64,000 nucleotides of DNA, taken from the NCBI GenBank assembly GCA_015655215.1, contig JAATFL010000012.1, positions 140,922 to 204,921 on the forward strand. The letters run 5' to 3'. This document shows positions 58,520 through 64,000 of the stretch, in pieces (positions within the stretch are counted from its first letter, which is position 1; every line of letters starts with the position of its first letter). This stretch comes from Coriobacteriia bacterium. GTDB taxonomy: Bacteria > Actinomycetota > Coriobacteriia > Coriobacteriales > RUG033. The translations under genes were made by a program, and so were the position numbers. Under the pieces are notes generated by a model. It did not search any database and had not been told where the DNA came from. It saw only the letters and a list, made by a program, of their open reading frames with translations.

Positions 58520-60877
58520 ATGGAAGTCGTCAAGCGAAACGGTTCCGTCGTACTCTACGATACCGAGAAGATATACAACGCCATCCTCAAGGCGATGGGG
58601 GAGACGGTGAAGGGGGTCGACGAGCAGATCGCACGTGAGGTGACCGAGAAGGTCGAGGCACGCCTCGTCCAGCACCTCTCGCCGGTCTCCGTCGACTTGG
58701 TGCAGGACATCGTCGAGGATGAGCTGATGGGGTCGATTCGCCGCGACGTCGCCAAGACCTATATCCTGTATCGCAGCGACCGCGACCGCCTGCGTGCCAC
58801 CCGTGCCAAGCCCGGACGGGGCACGGGTCTGCTCACCGAGGAGTTCCTCTCCGCATACAAGCACCGTCCCAACCCCATGCGGCAGCTGGGTAGCTTCGTC
58901 TACTACCGTACCTACTCGCGCTGGCTGCCCGACGAGCAGCGTCGCGAGTACTGGTGGGAGACGGTACGCCGCGCCGTCGAGTACAACGCGAGCCTCGTAC
59001 CCACCACGCGCGCCGAGGGCGAGAAGCTCTTCGACAACATCTACAACCTGCGTCAGTTCCTTTCGGGCCGTACGTTCTGGGTGGGTGGCACGCCGGTGAC
59101 CACGCACTACCCCATGGCCAACTTCAACTGCGCCTTCGAGGTGATCGACGACTTCGATGCGTTCAGCGACCTGTTCTACCTCCTCATGATCGGCTCGGGC
59201 GTGGGCGTCCGCGTGCTGCGGTCGGACGTCATCAAGATGTCCAAGGTGCGCGTCGACTTCGAGGTGATCCACTCCGATTACACGCCCATTCCTCCGCGTC
59301 AACGTGAGGACTGCACGAGCCTGGTCTTCTCCCACAACGACATCGCCACCATCAACATCGGCGATTCCAAGGAAGGGTGGACCCAGGCGGTCAAGTACTT
59401 CTTCCAGCTCATCTACTCCAACGAGTACCGCACCATCAAGACGTTCGTCATCAACTACGACAACGTCCGGCCCAAGGGGGAGCGCCTCAAGACGTTTGGC
59501 GGTACGGCCTCGGGGCACCAGTCCATCAAGAACATGTTCACCAAGATCGTACGCATCATCAAGCAGCGCGGCATCATCGAGGGGCATGGTCTCGTCAAGC
59601 TGCGCCCCATCGACTGTCTCGACATCGTCAACATCATCGGCGAGAACGTGGTCGTGGGTGGCGTGCGCCGCACGGCCGAGATCGTCCTCATCGACCCCGA
59701 TGACAAGGAGTGCGTCGAGGCCAAGAGCAAACTCTACAAGCAGATCGACGGACAGTGGATCGTCGACCAGGACATCATCCATCGCTCCATGTCGAACAAC
59801 TCGATCTACTACACCGAGAAGCCCACGCGCGAGCGGCTCCACTGGCAGATCGAGCAGATGCGCTATTCCGGTGAGCCCGGCTGGGTCAACGAAGTCGCCG
59901 GGGCGAAGCGTCGACCCAACATGAACGGGGTCAACCCCTGCGGCGAGATACTGCTCGACTCCAAGGGGCTGTGCAATCTCACCACGGTCAACGTGTACGC
60001 GTTCGTCGACCACGAGGGCCACTTGGACGAGGAGGGCCTTCTCGATGCGCAGCGCCTCTCGGCACGTGCCGGCTATCGCATGACCTGCGTGGAACTCGAG
60101 CTTCCCAACTGGAACATGGTGCAGGAACGCGATCGACTCACCGGTTGCAGCCTCACCGGCTGGCAGGACATGGTCAACGCGGCGGCCATGACCCGTGACG
60201 AGGAGCGGGTGTTACTCCAGAAGCTGCGAAAGGTGGCTGACGAGGAGATCGACCAGTACGCCGAGGAGATAGGCGGGAACCGGTCGCTGCTGGTGACGAC
60301 CGTCAAGCCCGAGGGCACCTTGAGCCAACTGCCCACCGTATCGAGCGGTGCGCACTACTCGCACTCGCCCTACTACCTCCGCCGTGTCCGCATCAGTGCG
60401 AACGACCCGCTCATCAAGGTATGCAGGGAGCTTGGGTACCCGATCTTTCCCGAAGTGGGGCAGAAGGAGGGGAGTTGCACGACCGAGGTGGTCGAGTTCC
60501 CCATCAAGGCACCGGAGGGTCGCACCAAGTACGACGTCACCGCCCTCGAGCAGCTGGAGAACTACGAGATGTTCATGGACTGCTACGTCGAGCACAACTG
60601 CTCGATCACCGTGCATGTGCGCGAGAACGAGTGGGACGACGTGGAGCAGTGGGTGTGGGACCACTGGGATGAGTGCGTGGCGCTCTCGTTCCTCTCGCTG
60701 GGCGACAACTTCTACCAGCTGCTGCCCTATGAGGCCATCGACAAGGACGAGTACGAGCGCCGTATGGCCGAGATGAAGCCGTTCATCCCATCGCTGTTGA
60801 GCAAGTACGAGGTCTTGGAAACCGAGCTCGACGTGGGTGACGATGGCTGCGAGGCGGGCGTGTGCCCGGTGCGTTAG
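58520..60877 (+). CDS. nrdJ: adenosylcobalamin-dependent ribonucleotide reductase, class II (RTPR-like) with an N-terminal ATP-cone
   Basis: ATP-cone (VVKRNGSVVLYDTEKIYNAILKA...VAKTYILYRSDRD). The RTPR-like core follows (YYRTYSRWLP, ETVRRAVEYN, FNCAF, LLMIGSGVGV, and the NPCGEI active-site Cys). The C-terminus carries a CEAGVCPV redox pair. ATG at 58520. Confidence 0.9.
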   Translation: MEVVKRNGSVVLYDTEKIYNAILKAMGETVKGVDEQIAREVTEKVEARLVQHLSPVSVDLVQDIVEDELMGSIRRDVAKTYILYRSDRDRLRATRAKPGRGTGLLTEEFLSAYKHRPNPMRQLGSFVYYRTYSRWLPDEQRREYWWETVRRAVEYNASLVPTTRAEGEKLFDNIYNLRQFLSGRTFWVGGTPVTTHYPMANFNCAFEVIDDFDAFSDLFYLLMIGSGVGVRVLRSDVIKMSKVRVDFEVIHSDYTPIPPRQREDCTSLVFSHNDIATINIGDSKEGWTQAVKYFFQLIYSNEYRTIKTFVINYDNVRPKGERLKTFGGTASGHQSIKNMFTKIVRIIKQRGIIEGHGLVKLRPIDCLDIVNIIGENVVVGGVRRTAEIVLIDPDDKECVEAKSKLYKQIDGQWIVDQDIIHRSMSNNSIYYTEKPTRERLHWQIEQMRYSGEPGWVNEVAGAKRRPNMNGVNPCGEILLDSKGLCNLTTVNVYAFVDHEGHLDEEGLLDAQRLSARAGYRMTCVELELPNWNMVQERDRLTGCSLTGWQDMVNAAAMTRDEERVLLQKLRKVADEEIDQYAEEIGGNRSLLVTTVKPEGTLSQLPTVSSGAHYSHSPYYLRRVRISANDPLIKVCRELGYPIFPEVGQKEGSCTTEVVEFPIKAPEGRTKYDVTALEQLENYEMFMDCYVEHNCSITVHVRENEWDDVEQWVWDHWDECVALSFLSLGDNFYQLLPYEAIDKDEYERRMAEMKPFIPSLLSKYEVLETELDVGDDGCEAGVCPVR

Positions 60878-61034
60878 GGTCCAGCTCCTGCCAGAGGCCA
60901 TGGACGGTCGACAGCCGCCAGCTTGACGGGTGAGTCCGATAACCCCCGTGGGCTCTTGGCGTTCGACGGCGCATCGACCCTCTCATATCGACAACTATGC
61001 TTGGAATGGAGCCACCGTGACCACTGTCCAGAAG

Positions 61035-62774
61035 ATGAGCCAGCTGTACGCCCCCACGTTGAAGGAGGACCCTGGCGAGGCGGAGCTGGCGAGCCATCGC
61101 CTCCTGCTGCGCGCTGGCATGATCCGCAAGGTCGCCGCCGGCGTGTACGACTACCTACCCCTCGCTTGGCGTTCGATCCGCAAGATCGAGGCGGTGGTAC
61201 GCGACGAGATGGAATCCATCGGCGCCCAGGAGCTGCGCCTGCCGGCCATGCAGCCGGCCGAACTGTGGCATCAGTCGCATCGCTGGGATGATTACGGGCC
61301 CGAGCTCATGCGGTTCACCGACCGTCACGAGCGCGAGTTCTGCCTCGGACCTACCCACGAGGAGGTCGTCACGAGCCTCGTGCGCAACGAGTTGCGCAGC
61401 TACAAGCAACTCCCCGTCACGCTCTACCAGATCCAGACGAAGTACCGCGACGAGATTCGCCCGCGCTTCGGGCTGCTCCGTGGCCGCGAGTTCATCATGA
61501 AGGACGCCTACAGCTTCAACGCGACGAAGGAGTCGCTTCAGGAGTCGTATGACGAGGAGGGCGTCGCCTACGAGCGCATCTGCGATCGCCTGGGCATCGA
61601 CTGGCGCGCCGTGGACGCCGATTCCGGTCAGATCGGCGGCAAGGTCTCCATCGAGTTCATGGCCCTGGCCGAGTCGGGTGAGGCATCGCTCCTCTACTGC
61701 GATTGCGGTTACGCCTCGGATGACGAGGCGGCGACCGCAGGAGTGCATGTCGAGGCCTGCGGCGACCATCTCGAGAAGGTCGAGACGCCTCGGATGGGCA
61801 CCATCGCCGAGCTGGCGGAGTTCATGGGGGTCCCCGAGTGCGCCACCGTCAAGGCGCTCCTGGGCAAGGACGCCGATGGGGTCACCACGCTGATCTTCGT
61901 CCCCGGCGACCACGACCTCAACGATATCAAGATCTCCCACGTGGTGGTTGGCTTCGAGATGCTCACGGACGACGAGATAGGCGAGCGCGGGTTCGTCAAG
62001 GGGTTCATCGGCCCCGTCGACGTCCCCGCCGGTGTCCACGTCATCGCCGACATCTCGCTTCGGCAGAGCGGTCACTGGCTCGTCGGCGCCAACGAGCGCG
62101 ACTATCACTTCAAGGGTGCGCAGGTGGGCCGGGACTTTCCCGAACCCGAGTGGGCCGACGTCATCACCGCACGGATCGGGGACAGGTGCCCGGTATGCGG
62201 CAAGCCGCTGCAGGGTGCCCGCGGCATAGAGATCGGCCAGATCTTCCAGCTGGGTACGAAGTACTCCGAGGCCATGGGGGCCGCCTTCACCGACGAGGAC
62301 GGGGTTGACAAGCCCCTCCTCATGGGCTGCTACGGCATCGGCGTATCACGGACGCTGGCAAGCATCGTGGAGCAGGGCAACGACGAGAACGGCATCGTCT
62401 GGCCCGTGTGCGTGGCGCCCTTCGAGGTCGCCGTGCTGCCCCTCTCGGTTGGCGACGACCTGGTCGACCCGATGGCGACGAAGATCGCGGCCGCCCTTGC
62501 CGCGGCAGGTGTCGAGACCGTGCTGGACGACCGAGACGAGCGCGCCGGCGTCAAGTTCAACGATGCCGACCTCTACGGTTGGCCCTACCAGGTCATCGTG
62601 GGCAAGCGCGGCGCCACGGCCGGTGAGGTCGAGCTCAAGGTGAGGGCTACCAACGAGCGCATCATCATCGCGGCAGACGAGGTCGCAGCCACTCTCGCCG
62701 GCCTTGTGGCCGAGCAGCGTGCCCGCTTCACGCACGAGGCGGCACTGGGCATGCAGGCGGCCCGTCGCGCATAG
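61035..62774 (+). CDS. proS: proline--tRNA ligase (bacterial type with editing domain)
   Basis: PTLKEDPGEAELASHRLLLRAGMIRKVAAGVY, TKYRDEIRPRFGLLRGREFIMKDAYSF and GCYGIGVSR motifs. The start is ATG at 61035, or in-frame GTG at 61017 (6 nt after GGAG). Confidence 0.95.
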   Translation: MSQLYAPTLKEDPGEAELASHRLLLRAGMIRKVAAGVYDYLPLAWRSIRKIEAVVRDEMESIGAQELRLPAMQPAELWHQSHRWDDYGPELMRFTDRHEREFCLGPTHEEVVTSLVRNELRSYKQLPVTLYQIQTKYRDEIRPRFGLLRGREFIMKDAYSFNATKESLQESYDEEGVAYERICDRLGIDWRAVDADSGQIGGKVSIEFMALAESGEASLLYCDCGYASDDEAATAGVHVEACGDHLEKVETPRMGTIAELAEFMGVPECATVKALLGKDADGVTTLIFVPGDHDLNDIKISHVVVGFEMLTDDEIGERGFVKGFIGPVDVPAGVHVIADISLRQSGHWLVGANERDYHFKGAQVGRDFPEPEWADVITARIGDRCPVCGKPLQGARGIEIGQIFQLGTKYSEAMGAAFTDEDGVDKPLLMGCYGIGVSRTLASIVEQGNDENGIVWPVCVAPFEVAVLPLSVGDDLVDPMATKIAAALAAAGVETVLDDRDERAGVKFNDADLYGWPYQVIVGKRGATAGEVELKVRATNERIIIAADEVAATLAGLVAEQRARFTHEAALGMQAARRA

Positions 62775-62816
62775 GGTCGCATCGTGATCGTTCCGGTGCG
62801 ATGGGAGGATAGGTTC

Positions 62817-62859
62817 CCGATACGAGAAGGACCCCGGAAAGGGGTCCTTCTCGTATCGG
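62817..62859. terminator. 19-bp perfect hairpin between convergent proS and the HD-domain gene (putative bidirectional terminator)
   Basis: CCGATACGAGAAGGACCCC (62817-62835) pairs perfectly with GGGGTCCTTCTCGTATCGG (62841-62859) around the loop GGAAA. There is no flanking U-tract. Confidence 0.7.
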
Positions 62860-62893
62860 TGCGGACGCGGTTGACGGGTGGGGCGACGGCCCT

Positions 62894-63517
62894 CTAGCTC
62901 CAGATACCCCGTGCGACCGGCACGGGGTAGAGCGTGCCGGAGGGGCTGGCCTGGTTGGCCTGGCCCAGCAGCAGTTTCTTCGTGCGACGGCGCTGGAGCG
63001 AATGCCAGGCGCCAAGCGACTCGATGACGGCGCAGTACTTGTCCACCAGGGCGGTGCAATAGCTCTCGGGATGGTGGGGCACGCCTTTGACCATGGGCCA
63101 CATGTGCATCGCGATGATCTCCCGCTCGGTCGCGTTGAGGTCGAAGTACTTCTCCGCATTGGCCAGCGCGAGCTTGGGATGTCCGTAGGTGTGGACGAGC
63201 TTGGGGTTGTCCTTGCGTTTCTCGTGCCAGTCATAGAGGAAGAAGTCGTGCAGGAGGCCGGCACGTGCGGCGCTGCGGGCATCGAGGTGCAATCTCTTGC
63301 AGACGAGGAAGTTGAAATAGGCGACGGTGCGACAGTGTTCGAACGTGCTGACGTCACCGTGCTGGGAGAACTGATCCATGCCCCGTACGATGGGATTCGC
63401 GAGGATGTCACTGATGCAGGAGAGGAACTCCTGATACGAATCGAGTTTCTTGGAAGCGCGAAAGACATAGGCATACGCGCTATTCACACGTGATGCAGCG
63501 TAACGTCTGGTGAGCAA
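62894..63517 (-). CDS. HD-domain phosphohydrolase
   Basis: The H...HD metal motif (FEHCRTVAYF...AGLLHDFFLYDW...GHP). I prefer TTG at 63517, 5 nt after GAAGGAG (63529-63523). The longest ORF extends to TTG at 63613 without an RBS. Confidence 0.75.
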   Translation of the reverse strand: MLTRRYAASRVNSAYAYVFRASKKLDSYQEFLSCISDILANPIVRGMDQFSQHGDVSTFEHCRTVAYFNFLVCKRLHLDARSAARAGLLHDFFLYDWHEKRKDNPKLVHTYGHPKLALANAEKYFDLNATEREIIAMHMWPMVKGVPHHPESYCTALVDKYCAVIESLGAWHSLQRRRTKKLLLGQANQASPSGTLYPVPVARGIWS

Positions 63518-63835
63518 ATGTTCTCCTTCTGAAGTTTTCGCAACGGCGCACAGTTTAGCAAGTTTCTCGACCAAAGCGAAGGGCTTTGGGCGGAATCCGC
63601 AGTACCTTGACAACTTGGTGAGACAGATGGGATGAAAGGCCTGCTCATCGGGTCAACGGTCGTTTGGGCCGGTATCCTGTCGCCGCATGCGGACGTCCGG
63701 GGGACCTCGTGTACGGCTGTGAATGGATGCCTGGTCGTGCTCACCGGTTTTTCGAGCCATCACCTCACGCCGCGTCCGTCGCGGCTCCGTATACTGGGAT
63801 CAGCCCATATACGTCAAAAGTGAGGTTTCCCCATC

Positions 63836-64000
63836 ATGAAGCTTGTGGTCACCGACAACGATTTCGATGATTTCTCCGTGGAGCAAGGTCTTGCCGATAG
63901 GGCAGGGGTCGACCTGGCGGTCTTCCACGGACCAACCACCGAGGAGATCGTACGCCACGCCGCGGGGGCCGACGGCCTCCTCACCTCATACGGGGACTAC
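63836..64000 (+). CDS. probable D-isomer-specific 2-hydroxyacid dehydrogenase family protein, N-terminal 55 codons; 3' end lies outside the window
   Basis: The ATG at 63836 is open to the window edge. MKLVVTDNDFDDFSVEQGLADRAGVDLAVFHGPTTEEIVRHAAGADGLLTSYGDY resembles the N-terminal substrate-binding lobe of CtBP/PGDH-like dehydrogenases. The evidence is weak because the fragment is short. Confidence 0.5.
   Translation, partial: MKLVVTDNDFDDFSVEQGLADRAGVDLAVFHGPTTEEIVRHAAGADGLLTSYGDY

Overview
This is a GC-rich chromosomal core region of Gram-positive type (about two-thirds G+C by eye, not computed). I call 60 protein-coding genes, 54 on the + strand and 6 on the - strand, most of them tightly packed or overlapping by 1-8 nt. 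From memory, the gene order follows the Bacillus subtilis ylo/ylq/ylx region: priA-def-fmt-rsmB ... thiN, rpmB, yloU-yloV-recG, rsmD-coaD, ylbN-rpmF, plsX-acpP-rnc-smc-ftsY-ffh-rpsP-ylqC-rimM-trmD ... rplS-rnhB ... dprA-trmFO-xerC ... rpsB-tsf-pyrH-frr-uppS-cdsA-dxr-rseP ... proS. Blocks interspersed in that order include glpX/plsY/ridA, a methyltransferase plus MarR, a MetH-like gene, glyQS-PDRP-ppdK-dgt-azlCD, and ispG plus a class II RNR. The high GC combined with Firmicute-like synteny and Pro/Arg-rich low-complexity extensions suggests Coriobacteriia or another high-GC Gram-positive; this is inference only. I found no rRNA, tRNA, CRISPR array, transposase, phage gene or toxin-antitoxin pair. 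I also see no convincing novel multi-gene system, so the window looks like ordinary housekeeping DNA. The most unusual items are: (1) a mismatch-free 3 x 33-bp in-frame tandem repeat inside a C-terminally truncated MetH-like gene; (2) a MarR regulator with a His/Cys/Gly-rich insertion, preceded by a perfect 28-bp palindrome; (3) NrdR-box-like repeats overlapping the likely promoter of an ATP-cone-bearing RTPR-type class II ribonucleotide reductase; (4) a roughly 110-aa extra acidic loop in RseP; (5) an orphan Pro-rich zinc-ribbon membrane protein; (6) long perfect hairpins without U-tracts at convergent gene junctions. All functional calls rest on my own motif recognition in the supplied translations. 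No database search was run.
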